A stretch of 63,331 bases of DNA, filler included, from Octopus bimaculoides (Eukaryota): assembly GCF_001194135.2 (NCBI RefSeq). It is 8 parts of 6 records of this genome, joined end to end, with 100 filler letters (N's around TTAATTAATTAA, not from the genome) between each part and the next. Parts side by side here need not be neighbours in the genome. Positions count along the whole stretch, not along the records: positions 1 to 12,691 come from NC_068989.1; positions 12,792 to 33,770 come from NC_068981.1; 6 more parts are not named here. The stretch is one strand, 5' to 3'. Under the pieces are notes generated by a model. It worked only from the letters and a program-made list of their open reading frames with translations. It was not told the origin of the DNA and ran no database searches. Positions 11,918 to 25,395 of the stretch are shown in pieces (the first letter of the stretch is position 1; every line of letters begins with the position of its first letter). Made by a program: the position numbers and the translations under genes.

Positions 11918-12675
11918 TAGCAGAGATACCCGGCGTTGCCCGTGTTACATGCAATTGAAGGATGAGACTTTTCTCTTATATTTTCTGTAAGGAACTGGAA
12001 TACATATGATTCGAATTTCATCAAAATTGCACATGAGGGTTCTTTCCCTCTTTACACACCCTAAAAAATTCTAATCATGGGACATGTATCTCATACTATT
12101 GATCTTTATTCCAAAATTTCAGTCTTTTGGAACCTGTAAAATGGACTTGGCTCTGGAAAAATGGAGCTCATGGAGCTCTAAAATGTGGGAATGAAGGCCC
12201 CTATTGGGGTGGGTGTGTTAATGTCAACCAGAGAAGCTGAATTGTTGGGAATGTTTTTAACTTGGGTCTTATAGTATGCTTGTATATATGTGAGAGTATA
12301 GTTTCACTTTAATAGTTTCAGTATGAAATTGAAAGTATTAAAGTGAAAGTATTTGGAATTACAGTAGCGACATGTTATTGTTTCACTTTTGACATGTAAT
12401 ACTAAATAGTGGAATAGTTTCAGTGTTAAAGTGAAAGTATCTGACATTACAGTAGAGTGATATTATTGTTTCACTTTTGACACGTAATACTGAAATAGTG
12501 GAGGAGATATGATATTGCTGTGGGCTCAAACTATGCAAGAAGTTAAAAATTGTTTTGGCCTAAGACACTACATGGACCCTAAGTAAGGCATGTGTTAATT
12601 TGGAATGAAATTGGTTGTGTAGTTCTCGAGTTTTATGGATTCACACAGACACACTTTCTCATCTTTATATATCTG
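11916..12675 (+). mobile_element. Non-autonomous Helitron-like element with an internal ~87-bp tandem duplication
   Basis: Starts ACTAGCAGAGATACCCGGCGTTGCCCG and ends ...tagttctcgagttttatggattcacacagacacactttctcatctttatatat, resembling Lep1/HINE-type termini. The duplicated unit lies at ~12336-12502. Confidence 0.55.
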
Positions 12676-12691
12676 ATATTTATGCGCATAT

Positions 12692-12791
12692 NNNNNNNNN
12701 NNNNNNNNNNNNNNNNNNNNNNNNNNNNNNNNNNNTTAATTAATTAANNNNNNNNNNNNNNNNNNNNNNNNNNNNNNNNNNNNNNNNNNNN
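12692..12791. other. Artificial scaffold-join spacer (also at 33771, 36787, 45651, 54785, 58703 and 61954)
   Basis: Exactly 44 N + TTAATTAATTAA + 44 N at seven places. The 12-mer is self-complementary and places stop codons in all six frames. Confidence 0.95.
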
Positions 12792-13198
12792 CTGTATGGT
12801 AAGTAGCTAGCTTACCAACCACATGGTTCCGGGTTCAGTCCCATTGCGTGGCTCCTTGGGCAAGTGTCTTCTACTATAGCCTCAGGCCGACCAAAGCCTT
12901 GTGAGTGGATTTGGTAGACGGAAGCTGAAAGAAGCCCGCCGTGTATATGTATATATATGTATGTATGTGTGTGTATATGTTTGTGTGTTTGTGTTTGTCC
13001 CCCCCCCCCAACATCGCTTGACAACCGATGCTGGTGGGTTTACGTCTCCGAAACTTAGCGGTTCGGTAAAAGACAACGCTAGAATAAGTACTAGGCTTAC
13101 AAAGAATAAGTCCAGTGGTCGATTCGTTCGACTAAAAGCGGTGCTCCAGCATGGCCGCAGTCAAATGACTGAAACGAGTAAAAGAATAAAAGAATAGA
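12792..13198 (+). mobile_element. SINE family B, near full length
   Basis: tRNA-like head with box B (gggttcagtccc), ccttgggcaagtgtctt core, internal (TA/TG)n and tail ggtgctccagcatggccgcagtcaaatgactgaaac. Other copies at ~31300-31460 (-), 38451-38720 (-), 53015-53165, 53700-53935 and 59231-59625. Confidence 0.85.
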
Positions 13199-13899
13199 AA
13201 TACATATGTTAAATTTGTGTAAAGTAAAACGTTTTGAATATGATAATAATGCTCCTATTCCAATATATGCGCCATTATGTGGAAACACGCATAGTGATGT
13301 ATTAAAATACTTATAAATACCATTCAAGGATTATTATTATTTAATAAAAGTATATCTGTATACATACATTCATAGATATACGTATATATGTATATTTAAT
13401 ATATATGTATAAATGCATATGTAAGCGTGTGTACATGTGTGTATGTGTGTGTGTGTGTGCATCGTATATGTGTACGTAGGTATGTAAGTATGTATGCATG
13501 TCGTTATTGAGTTTTATTTCAAGATTTCTTGCCTGTAGAGAAAGAGCTGGTTTCTAACCTATATCCAAGGCCTGCCCCTTCACTGGTTTTTCAAAATCAA
13601 CAGGGTATTTTTGTATGTTTGTATGTACATGTGCAGATGTACATGTTTTGTTTATATATGTATTCGCATGCATATAATTGCATATCTTGACATACACATG
13701 TATGTATGTATGTATGTATGTATGTATGTATGTATGTATGTGTGTGTGTGTGTGTGGTTGTGTGTATGTATGTATGTATGTATGTATACACATATACACA
13801 CACACATACATATATTGCGCAGAATAAATTTTCTCTACAATTCACCACGTGGAGTTTTTTCTCGAATCTTTTTACCATGCATAAGTATGTGCGCATCTG

Positions 13900-14059
13900 G
13901 TGACCGGTAATAAAATCACAGGAAAAAAAGTCACAGTTAATTTATGGGATCCGGACAAACCCCCTAGTACAAACCCCTCTCGGACAACCCTCACCCCAGA
14001 AAAAACAAAAACAAAAAAAACCGTGACTTTTTCCTGTGACTTTTTTTTTACCTGGATTC
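13900..14059. mobile_element. Mutator-type MITE with a perfect 9-bp TSD
   Basis: TSD GCGCATCTG at 13891-13899 and 14060-14068. TIRs ggtaataaaatcacaggaaaaaaagtcac / gtgactttttcctgtgactttttttttacc. Confidence 0.8.
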
Positions 14060-14321
14060 GCGCATCTGTTTGAATTACAATCTCCAATATAGTAAATTCT
14101 ATTTCATCTTGTAAACTTTGTGTACGCATACTTTTTATCCCTTTTCCCTTGTGTGCTAGTTGTAAAACATCTGTGTGTGCGCACAGACGCAAAGTTCAGA
14201 GGCAACATTAGAGAGAAAAGACCTTGCTTTGCTACGCTATTCTCTTTATGTATTAGGACATATGAAAAAGAAAAACCCAATCCAAATAAAAAGCTTAAAC
14301 GAGAACAGAGCCATATCTTCT

Positions 14322-14464
14322 GAGCCTAGGACATTAACCTCCCCCGCCCCAGGACAATTACCCCCGAGGACAACAGATGATGATTTAAAACTTCTTAATA
14401 TATTGGAGAGGGGGTGTAATTAACCAAGGGGAAAAATTGTCCTGGGGGTAGTTGTCCTGATACA
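14322..14464. mobile_element. Second Mutator-type MITE with a 9-bp TSD
   Basis: TSD ATATCTTCT at 14313-14321 and 14465-14473. Inverted ggacaattacccccgaggacaa / ttgtcctgggggtagttgtcc. Confidence 0.7.
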
Positions 14465-15501
14465 ATATCTTCTACAAAGCATGGTCAACCTAGCATTTCG
14501 TTCATACAGGATCGAAACAAGGTATATTTGTAACATTGTTAGTTGGACGGGACAGGTTGTGTTATCTGTAAAGGCGCCTCATGTTCTGACGACAATGCTT
14601 GCGATGACACTGGTAGCCAGTTGTATCGGCCCTTGTTCTTTGCCTGGACAACGCCAGTGACGTAAAGGAAGGTAGCTTCTATGCAAGAGTAACATGCATG
14701 GAAGGTAACTTCCATGCATGAGTAACGTTGTCTTGGCATGATCGCCGGAGGGGAATTTTTCCAGGCGTTGGTCCATAGCCTCACGAGATATATATATATC
14801 GTCGAGTAGTAATATTACTGGTTGTGGCAAATGCCTGGTCAAAATGTTACCGACGGTTTCGCGCCAACTGTTCCATTTGGCAATATTTACGATCCTTCAG
14901 CAATGCTGACCGGGTGCTCATGGCTTATGTGCCATAAGCAATAATACATTGCGCAATAATGTTAGAATATATCCGCTCTACTCCTCTTTGAGAGTGCGCT
15001 ATTTTTCTGACTCATGGACAACTCAATGATTTGATATGTGTGTGTTTGTGTGTGTGTGCGTGTGTGCGTGTGTGTGTAAGATTAAGTATGAATAGAAGGT
15101 ATGTATATAATATGTGCAGTATTTGGTGTGTTTGCCCTTTCTTTGATTTGAAATATGTAACGCGATTATAGTTCATAAATTCATACAATAATGCTAAAAA
15201 ATTAATTGAAAATATATAAAAACAAAAGTTTATAAAACAATAGATACATCCGTTAAACTCGCCTAAAAAAAAATATTCACGACCATCTGTTGTTTCGTGA
15301 AATATCTGTGACAAATGAAGGCTATATTTTAAATCACTGCGGAGAAACGTTCATTGACATGTTTTTCGATACTCACACTTTTTCTAATCTGTTTGTCACC
15401 AGCAAAATGTAGGGTAAGTGTAAATATTTCTTGAAGTGTGAGAGAAAGGAAAAGGATTTGATCTCGCTTCTGATATATCTCAATTTAATCAGCGGCGTAA
15501 C

Positions 15502-15717
15502 TACGAGTGGGTGCTGAAAAGTTCCTGGCTTTGGGTAGAAGAAAATACGGGAGGATCAGTTAATTATGATTTTATCCAACATATTCTCCTCTCAGATTCA
15601 TACACGTATTGCAGCGGCCCTTCAGTTTTTCTAAGCCCTGTAAAAGAACTCGGAATGTTGGACCTCCAACTAGCCCTTTCACAATGCCCTTAAATCCAGG
15701 AACTTTTTCAGTACGCC
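15502..15717. mobile_element. Mariner-type MITE
   Basis: Begins TACGAGTGGGTGCTGAAAAGTTCCTGGCT; the inverted partner is ATCCAGGAACTTTTTCAGTAC. Confidence 0.7.
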
Positions 15718-16098
15718 AATCTTTGAGTTTGCTGCCCACATCCGGTTCCACTTAAAAACTTCAACATATCGCACATGACCCCTTCTTAAAATGCCGTCCC
15801 CTATAAAAGGTAACCCTAGCTTAGGCTACTCAATTTAATGCTACATTTCGATTGTAAGAACTTTTAATTTTAGTCAACGTCCAAAGCATTCTTGGTTTAT
15901 CGTATTTATCGTCAGCATATCACAAACTCTAAGCACCTCTTCTCGTACTTTTTGCATAAAGAATATTTGGCAATTTTCTACAAGTTTCGTTTTGCAAATT
16001 TCATAGAAAAATGACCGTTCATTTTCTATTAGTCAACGCACAAACACCTCCCAAAACTCAGGACTTGGCTATTCAAATCTTCAGTTAACCCTCTTTAT

Positions 16099-16333
16099 CA
16101 GGGATCATAAATCTCTTTTTGAAATGGTTTACTTTTTATAACATTTAGCCATGGCCTACATATATACCTTATATGAAAATATACCTGCTTATCTTGCCAA
16201 GCAATGCTTACGTTTGTGATACAGACTGCTATCAACAGACTGTTATCAACTGCTCAATTATATTCGAGGATTAAAAAAAAAAAATTGAGGTCCACAGACA
16301 ACACCTCAGTGGTCCACTTGTTGCCGATCCCTG
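16099..16333. mobile_element. hAT-type MITE
   Basis: Ends CAGGGATC...GATCCCTG, with imperfect 8-bp flanks ctctttat / ttctttaa. Confidence 0.5.
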
Positions 16334-16599
16334 TTCTTTAAAATGCAAAGTTGCTGTTTTTGTTGTTTACCTACAGGTTAAAGAATTTTTAGCCATGGAC
16401 AATCCGTTTTTTCCGATGTGCAAGGAATCCAGAATCATATTGTCTAATAGGCCTTTCCTAAAACGGTGGTGGTATGGGTGATTTGAAGGATATTTAGCTG
16501 CTGCTTACCTGATCGATTTACCACGTAGAAGCTCCCTCTTTGGCGCATATAGTGCTAAGTTGTTGAATATTGTGCTCATATAGTAAGAAAGCTCCGATC

Positions 16600-16769
16600 C
16601 ACTTGTGTAGCTAGAGGGGCGGAGAGGGCGGTCTGTCCTGGGTGGCACTTCTATGGAGGAGGCACCACTTTTGGGTCGGCTGTAGGCAATATTTAATTTT
16701 TTGTTGGGGCTCAGGGGCGGCAAAATGAAGGGCCGTCCCCGGGCGGCACACACTCAAACTACACTAGTG
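16600..16769. mobile_element. hAT-type MITE
   Basis: TIRs CACTTGTGTAGCT / AACTACACTAGTG, with 8-bp flanks ctccgatc / ctccaagc (6/8 identical). Confidence 0.6.
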
Positions 16770-16796
16770 CTCCAAGCCGCTTAGTAAGACACCAAA

Positions 16797-16977
16797 TATA
16801 GTGGCGTATATAACGGGAGCAAGAGGGGCGACCGCTCCCATCCAAACACGTTTATCAAAATCAGCACCTTTTAAACACAAAATTAAAATCAGTGAGTTAA
16901 TTGTTTGGTATGTGTTATAATGCCCTTTTTTGTGTGTGTGTTCGCTACCCCTAACTTTAGAACCTGGCTATGTCCCT
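16797..16977. mobile_element. hAT-like MITE (related copy at ~25889-26420)
   Basis: Both copies share the gagcaag(a)ggg.gcgaccg(c/t)tccc start and the ccctaactttagaa(c/t)ctgg end. Confidence 0.5.
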
Positions 16978-17442
16978 AATCGAATGTCAAGATCCATAAA
17001 TGAGCCTAGTACTGCAGCAATAGTTAAGGAGATAAACTGTAGCGAAACCTAACCTCACAGACCACAACCAAATTTACCAGTTTCGCAAAAGTTTTTTTTT
17101 TTTACTTTCCCGAGAGACTGGGTAGAGATGGGTGGTAAGGGACAAAATTTTACTTTTGCATTAGCACTCGCTTTTATTTTAGATAAAATCAAGAATTTCA
17201 AACGTCCCTACAAATTCTTCAAGGAGATTGTATTATGTATGATTCAATGTGATTGTATTACGCATGGTTCAATGTGGCTTTCACACACACACACACACAC
17301 ACATGCACACACACGCACGCACACACATGCACACAGGCACACACATCCTACTCACGTGTCTTAGAATGAATTCATTAAATTTAATATTTAAAGTTTTTTT
17401 TGTACTTACACACACATACAAAGGCATATATGCATCTATCTA

Positions 17443-17496
<54 letters not shown>

Positions 17497-17682
17497 CCTC
17501 TCTCTCTTTATATATATACATATGTATATATGTATACACACACATGCATATATGTATTTGTGTTTATATACATACACACATATATATATATACATATGTG
17601 TGTGTGTGTGTGTGTATAAATGGAATTCTAACTCACAGGTTATATGTCACGCACTTAAACAGGCACTTCATAAACGCACACG

Positions 17683-17734
<52 letters not shown>

Positions 17735-18835
17735 TAAAACATCAGACAGTCGCATATTTTTCTCGTCTCCTAAACACAGTAGTTATTGGGCATGTAGTCT
17801 ATGATAGAAAACATTTGTCCGAGGTGTGGCACACTGTGAACGAACCCGTACCCGGAACCAACTGGTTGCCAACACAATTTGTAAACAACCAAGTAGGAAC
17901 CTACTTCACCGCTTATTTTACCTATTACACTACAATTGTTAGTTTATTTACTGCTGCGGTGCCTGCTCACGAACATTCAACTTCAACATTGACCAATCAA
18001 CGCAGGCTAAGTATTTCTATACTTCCGGGTTGAACACAGTCACTATTATTGTAGTTTTTTTACTTTTCTTTTCTTTTCTTTTCTTTGCTTTTTCTTTCTT
18101 TATTTACTTTTTTTTTTGTGTGTCAAACTATCGATTTCTTGTTAAGGAGAAAGACACGCATATATTGACGGGTGGGAATGTTAATGCTTTTTCTTTACGT
18201 CTTTCTGTTGCAGTAGAAATAAAATCATTGAATGTCATCTGTAAATCGAAATCGACTTCATAATTCGATTTACCCAACAGCTTGTCCTGTCACCGGCGTT
18301 TGCTCCTGTTTTATGAATATTATTAATATATAATGAATTCTGTAAAAATCGATAGCGATTGTCTTTCCATGAGTGTATAAATAGTGTGTGTGTGTGCGTG
18401 TGTGTGTGTGTGTGAGTGTGTGTGTGAGTGAGTATGCGAATGCATGTATAAGTGCGTGTAAGTATGTGTGAAAATGTGGTTTGCATCGTGTGTATGTGTG
18501 TGTGCGTGCATGTGTTGTGTTGTGTGTGTGAGTGAGTGCGCGCGCGCGCGAGTGTGAGTGCATGTGTGTGTGAGTGCGCGCGCGTGTGTAAGCGTGCATG
18601 TGTGCATGCATGTGTGTTTGCGCGTGCACACATTTTGTAGTGTCCACTAGACATTAGAACAAAGCAGCTAGCAAAAGCAGGCAGTGCCGGTTGAATTGTC
18701 TGCTAACACGTATAGCTGTGAGGTTCATCACGAACTTAGTGGCATTATGCTAAGCGTTTGGTTTATTTCATAAACTTGTTCTAGTCCGAGAGTGTTCTTC
18801 CATACATTCGTCACCAATTCTTTGGGCTAAACCAT

Positions 18836-20100
18836 TTGATCTCACCAAGCCCAGTGGTGATCTCCGCCCTATCGCAGTTAGTTGTACTCTGCGACGGCTC
18901 ACAGCAAAAGTGTGTCTGTTCTCAGTTTCTTACTACTTGTCCGCTAGAAGTAGGTACTAAGCTAGGTTGTGAGGCTACTACTAGAGCTTTCAACAACTTG
19001 CCCTCTGAGTCCCTAAAGGTCATCTTCAAATTCAACCCCAGGAATGCCTTCAATTCCATCAGTCGGGACGTCATCATCCGTACAGTAAGGGAGAATGCCC
19101 CATAGCTCTATCACTTCGCTTGGCAAGCTTATCGGGAGCCCCCCTACCTCTCCTTTGGTGACCACCTCATCCCATCTGAACACGGTGACCCACTTGGACC
19201 TGCTCTATTTGCACTGGGTATTGATGATGCTGCTAAAATGGGAGCTGACCTAGACTTGAAAGTTTTGTATATTGATGATGCTTGTTTGGGGAAGGGCCCT
19301 CCTGAGAAGGTCCTTGCAACTGCAAGGACGATAATTGAGGAACTTGGTAGTAGGGGCTTTAGCGTTAATAGTTCCAAATGTGAATTCTGGCTCCTCAACC
19401 ATCCAACTTCACATCATCAGACTGTGACCAATTTTGACAGGTCTTCATTCATTGGACAATCACGTTTATTCAGTAATATTTGTTCAATTCCCAGAACAGT
19501 TGAAGCCATTCAGCATCATTTGCACTGTTCGATATGGAGGCAAAAACTCGCCAACACACTACAGGCTCCGTCTCTCAAGCGTACTGTTTCCTCTCTCCAT
19601 CTAATTTATCGCTGGTATAACGGCATCTCTGTCTCTGAATTTGTTTGTTAAATAACGTCTCCACCCAGGCCTATCCAACGTGGATGTCTCTTATTTTTTC
19701 GTTACTTCTACTGTGTTTTAGCTGGACTTGTTCTTTCTCAGGTTGTCAACACCGGAATTTCCTCAGTGACCGCGTTTTTGAAGAGCCTGCGAATGACATA
19801 GGCTCTACCACACCTCCTCTTACGCCACAAAAAATTACCTTCTCTCGTCGTTATTTTGCGTATTGGCAATCAAATTTCTGGGAAAGTTGAGCGTTCCGAG
19901 GGGATCTCACTTATGCTGGTGTAAAGGAGTTTGCTGTTTTCTGTTTATACAGATGACATAGTGATCATGGTGTTTGAAATAAAGGTAGTGCACACCAAGC
20001 TATCTGAACACAAGCAGACCACAGAAGAAATTGGAGAATCTTTGTCTAAGCTTACCAATGCATGTTTCTTGTTGGATCGATAGGCCGTTTAAGTTGCTTG
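18836..20100 (+). mobile_element. CRE-clade (RLE) non-LTR retrotransposon reverse transcriptase remnant
   Basis: VGTKLGCEA...KVIFKFNPRNAFNSISRD...P*LYHFAWQAY...LSFGDHLIPSE-HGDPLGPALFALGI...LYIDDACLG...GFSVNSSKCE matches the CRE-type RT pattern. The right boundary is uncertain. Confidence 0.7.
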
Positions 20101-20385
20101 GGTGTCTGGTTTGGTCGGTACTACTTGCATGATGGTGAAGAACGCGGGTGAGGTAATGAAAAGAATAGAGAATCAATGAATCTCAAACGAGGCTGAGCGA
20201 AGGGACCTACATACAAATCTTTCGTTCCTCTTCTGTCAGAACTTCGTTCACACCTTACCCTTTCCTTCTAGTTGTGTTTCATCATCACTACGATCCGCGG
20301 AATTTGAACTCAGAATGTAATGGGTCGGAAAAATCGACTAGTCCCCTCCCTCTAAATTTCAGGCCTTGTGCCTACAGTAGAAAGG

Positions 20386-20580
<195 letters not shown>

Positions 20581-21870
20581 CGACTTGACTCAGGATTGGT
20601 CTTATTCCTGGTAGAATATATGTGGGTAGCGGGTTACTACCTGTAACCTTAGATATCTACAAGGTTTCTATAATCTTTCAAGTGCTTAAAGCCTTGTATT
20701 ATACTGTAAATAATCTAGTAGGCTTTCTTTTTCTATCTGTACACACTCTTCCACAGCAATTAAGTCTCTTCCACCCTGGTCTCACTTTAAGTACAGCTGG
20801 TTGATATCAGCTTTCGGATGATGGGTTCCATATAGAGTCAACATCTTTCTAATTTTTCTGTCAAGTTTCTGTACCTCGTCTTGGTCCAGTCTACAATTCC
20901 AGCTCCATATCTGATGACAGGCACTACTCTTGAATTTATCGCTTCATTAACATTTTGAATTAAACTTTAACTGTAATATTTTTATCACTCTCCTTTTATA
21001 CTCCATACTTGTAATTTGCTTTATCTCTTTATGTTTTGTTTCATCTGCCTTCAACATTCCTAAATACTTATACCAGTGTCTTTTCTCAACTGCATTCATT
21101 TTTTGCCCATTTGGCATTTATATTCTCTGGCTTCCTTCAAATCTTCCTCGTTTCATTATCAATATAGCACACTTTTCAATCCCGAATTCCATATCTACAT
21201 CATTTGAGAAAATGCAAACAGTATGTAAAAGACTTTCTGGCTGATTCTCAGTTTTCCCTGAAAGCTTTATATCATCTGGCCATATACTTTTCCGAAATCA
21301 TAAGCTATTTTGACTTACCCTCATATCAAACTGAGATGTATCATAGTCAATAGAAATAATAATGGAGATAAACTATTACCTTGAAATATGCCACATCTGA
21401 TGTTCATTTTCCAAACTCTTTGTTTTTCTCCAATCAATTCAGTATTCCAATGTTTCATATTTTCATAGACTAGTTTCTCCCTATTTTCTGCCACTCCAAA
21501 CATGCTCATTGTTTTGCTTATCCAACTGTGCGGTACCATGTCATATGCCTTTCTGTAAACCAACCATGGTACATTCGATCTACATCTGCAATTTCTAATT
21601 ATGATTTTTATCAACGAACAACTAGTCATTAGTTCCTTTACTTTGCCTCTTGCATCCATTCTGTTCCACTGGGAATAAAGTGTTACTTTGCAGATGATGA
21701 TATAACGTTCATATAACTTTTCCTCCAAAACACCAATCATAAGCTTCCACATAAGTGGTAAATAGGTTATAGGTCGAAGATTTCACACCAACATTCGCCC
21801 ATTTGTTATCCCGGTAAGATCGTATCGCCGTTACAGGCACTTATCAAGGTGTGCAACGATCCTTTCATGC
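20581..21870 (-). mobile_element. R4/Dong-like LINE, internally deleted and decayed
   Basis: YRKAYDMVPHSWI...IRCGIFQGNSLSPLLF RT motifs. The 3' end is joined to (TAA)n at 20580. Confidence 0.75.
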
Positions 21871-22009
21871 AACTGTATAAAATTCTTCTTCTTCTTCTTC
21901 TTCTTCTTCTTCTTCTTCTTCTTCTTCTTCTTCTTCTTCTTCTTCTTCTCCTCCTTCTTCTTATTGTTATTATCATCATCATCATTATTATTATTACTAT
22001 TATTATTAC

Positions 22010-22052
<43 letters not shown>

Positions 22053-22055
<3 letters not shown>

Positions 22056-22612
22056 GAGTGAGAGAGTAGTTCATGCCATCAAAGTGACACTGGGGTAAAA
22101 TATACGAAGCCCAATATACCTATCATGACTACCCGTCTGATAAGGGTACACCAGGCACATGCATCACAACCATATGTGCGCGTCATGGTGATCTCATATC
22201 AAGATAAACAGCCCATGACCACGCAGGTGGGGCCCAGTTAGAATTTTCTTCCGGTCCAGTAGCCCATCCCGCTCAAAAGGTCCATGAATAAGGTTTGTTT
22301 AAGGATGTTGAGCAAAACACCTGTTTCCAGAGGTGAATTATTCAAACCCCAAAGAATTCCTCTCAACACATGGCTATGATGCTCCCCCACTACTTCTGCT
22401 CATGATCAGAGATGCACATATCATTAGCCATCAAGGGACATGCTCAACTGATTAGGGTCAAACAACTGACAAGCAAATCTATGGTATTGAGCAGAATATT
22501 TGCTGTAGCCCATCTTTTTATACCAAGACAAAACAATGTACATGATAACACTTCCAATCAATTAAGATCAGAAGCCATGAGAGCCACTGCCTGGTACTGC
22601 ATCCGGGCATTT
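22053..22612. repeat. ~560-bp dispersed repeat (family D), flanked by (ATT)n
   Basis: Highly similar copies at 47912-48250, 59923-60475 and 60503-60612, all starting attattGAGTGAGAGAG(C/T)AG. Confidence 0.85.
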
Positions 22613-23695
22613 ATTATTATTATTGTTGGTGTTGTTGTTGTTGTTATATTGACGATGATGACGGCAATTTCTAACTTTGTGTGAAGGGCGTAATCGGTTA
22701 AATCGATCGTGCTAATTGACATACTTTTTTGTTCCAGGAGAGTAAGAGGCGAAGTCGACTCTGGTGCAACTTGATCTCAGAACGTAAGAGACGTACTCAA
22801 AGTTTGTGCTGGTTTTGCCATCTCTTGCTCTAGTCATTGTTTTTTTTTTTTAATATGTAAACAAGGCTCCCAGCACTGCATACTACCTCAACAGCGGCCC
22901 ATTAGAGGCACTACTCTCTCTTTTCATCTTTTCTTTATCTCATTTCCAAATTATTCTTCCCCGTAACTATAACTTCCTGGAACTCCTTCCACAAGCATAT
23001 TTTTCTCTATGGACTACGATCTTCAAATACCCAAGCTGAACGCCAACCACATAGATCTCTCCAGTGTGGAGTAGTTTGCAAAGCTTTCCAGAGCTGAGAG
23101 ATTTATATGGGTTATTGTTCTTCTAAATACTAAAAGAGCGTATATAAAACTATCCGTATTTCCTAAAATAGTCAGAATTCACCGAATTACATTTCGATAT
23201 CCTGCTATTTATTATACCTAGCTTATTGCAGTGCAAACGACCTCGAAGCACTTTTCTTCATTGTAAGCGACGTCGAAGATTCTTTTCAAGAAAGAATGTA
23301 ATTCGGTTCCGTCTGTTGTGCCAATAAATCCTCATCAAGCTTCCAGTGATTGGATTTTTTATGTTCTTTTGTGTCTAAAAGTTTTCATGAGACATGCTTT
23401 CAGGGTTCTCATTACATGTGATACAATCTCTACGTGATAACAAAATCTGCTAAAAGAAAGAAAGAAAAAGGTGGTAGAGAGAAAGAAACCAAATCCACTT
23501 TGCCGTATTTAAAAAAGAAAGGATACTGTAGTTCTTGCGAAGGGCATATTAAATAACGTAGCCCGGATGCTTATGGATAGAATGTTTTTGGCCACCGTTC
23601 TTCTCAATCACAGTTGACCTGAGACTAAACAGCAGCTGCAAAGACAATTGCTACAGCTGCTGCTGCTACTACTACTACTACAGCTGCTGCTACTG

Positions 23696-23753
<58 letters not shown>

Positions 23754-25360
23754 AGTCTAAATACTCTGCACCAAAGAGCTGTTTTTTTTAGAGAGAGAAA
23801 TAGATCCCAAAATAAACTGTGCTGCAAAAGAAAATATAGTTTTGTTTATTAAACTTTTCGATAAAAACAGTTGTGATTTTAAAAATAAAATAAACTTTTC
23901 TTCATACGATATTATGTATTCAAATCGTTCATCTATGGAAGAACACAGAAAATACCTATAAAGCTGCCATATAGAACTCATAATGTTTTCATGTTGTGTT
24001 ACACTACAGGACCGGAATATCGAGTGAACTCAGTACAGTTGATGCTCCTGATTATTTTGAAGTATTATTGACACACAAACTGTTGGCTTTCGGCGAATCA
24101 AGTCGATCATCCGGTTACGAATTTTGTTTTTAATAAGTTAGTCAATACAAACGTGGGAATACGCACGTCCTTTGTAGACCCACCCAAACTGCTTGATGTT
24201 ACTGAATCTCAGTTTGAACATCTGCAGGGAAATATCTGTTGCAAACAAACTTGGTCTGAGGTTGAACCAGAAGATATGGACCGAATGCCTGTTGGTGTTA
24301 AACTGGACAACGTGTTACGTCAACCGACCAATTTGGGACTACCGTTATCTTGTAGCCATAGATTTTAAGCTAACTTTCCTTACGCAGCTAATTACCGATT
24401 TAAAACACACGTTTCGGTGGCATGGGAGTAACCAGAAATTGCACCGATTAGTGAGAATGGAGTGGGGACTCAATGATTAAAATGATCTCGTTGTAAATCG
24501 ACTAATTTGCGATAAACGCAAAAAATAAAAACGTTAGATAATTTTGCGGGGGATTTCGTTCGAATCTATCGTACCCTACCCCTACACATTCCTGACCATG
24601 GGAGTGGGTAGCAAATTAACAGAAACACTAGATTGTTGGATTTAGTTTTATCCTCTTAAAATCTCAGTTTACTTCAGAGGTAGGGCTCTATTATTGATTT
24701 AATAAAAGGATCTCGTCTTTCAAGAGTTTATATTTGAATATTTTCTTTGAATTGTCAGTCTGCAGTTATATATGGCAGAGAGAACATAAATTCCATTTTC
24801 GTTTACATTTCTGTAGGACAGTAGCTTAGCTAACGGTGGGAATGGGACGATGCTTTTATGAGGTCTGCTGCATAAACCTATTTAGGCTGTATTCCCTACA
24901 GGCCATTAATATTTATGTACCAGTTTTCAGGAATATGTTTAATATGTAAAATTGGTAAATGTTACACGCTATATTTAGTGGCTACTTAAACCATGAGTTA
25001 ATGGGTTGGATGGGTGCTGATGAAGGAACAAAAACTCCTGAAATATGGCATATATTTCATAACCCGTTTTTCATCTTCGATTTCGATTTCATTGTTGTCT
25101 ACATTGCGTGTACTCGGATACGAAACATCGTAACACAATCAGTGTTGGCTATGATTTCTATAGAAAATCTATAGAAATAACCTTAACAAGTAACTTAAAG
25201 GTTGGCACGTACTTTAGCTATACCACAACAGCAGGGTTCGAAAAGAAGGGATTCCAAAAACACCAAATTTGAGCCCGTATCATATCTACTGTCGAGTGAA
25301 AATTAAGTAATGGTGTTCAACGACTTTCTCTTCAGCCGACGAGGAAATAAATTAGCACAG

Positions 25361-25395
<35 letters not shown>

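Noticed and set aside
12736-12747. TTAATTAATTAA as a recurring biological motif
   Set aside because: Always centred in exactly 100 bp of N padding, so it is an assembly linker.
24153-24368. Lipase catalytic-His exon (CSHR motif)
   Set aside because: On the opposite strand to the lipase exons, in a different assembly piece, and with no flanking lipase similarity.
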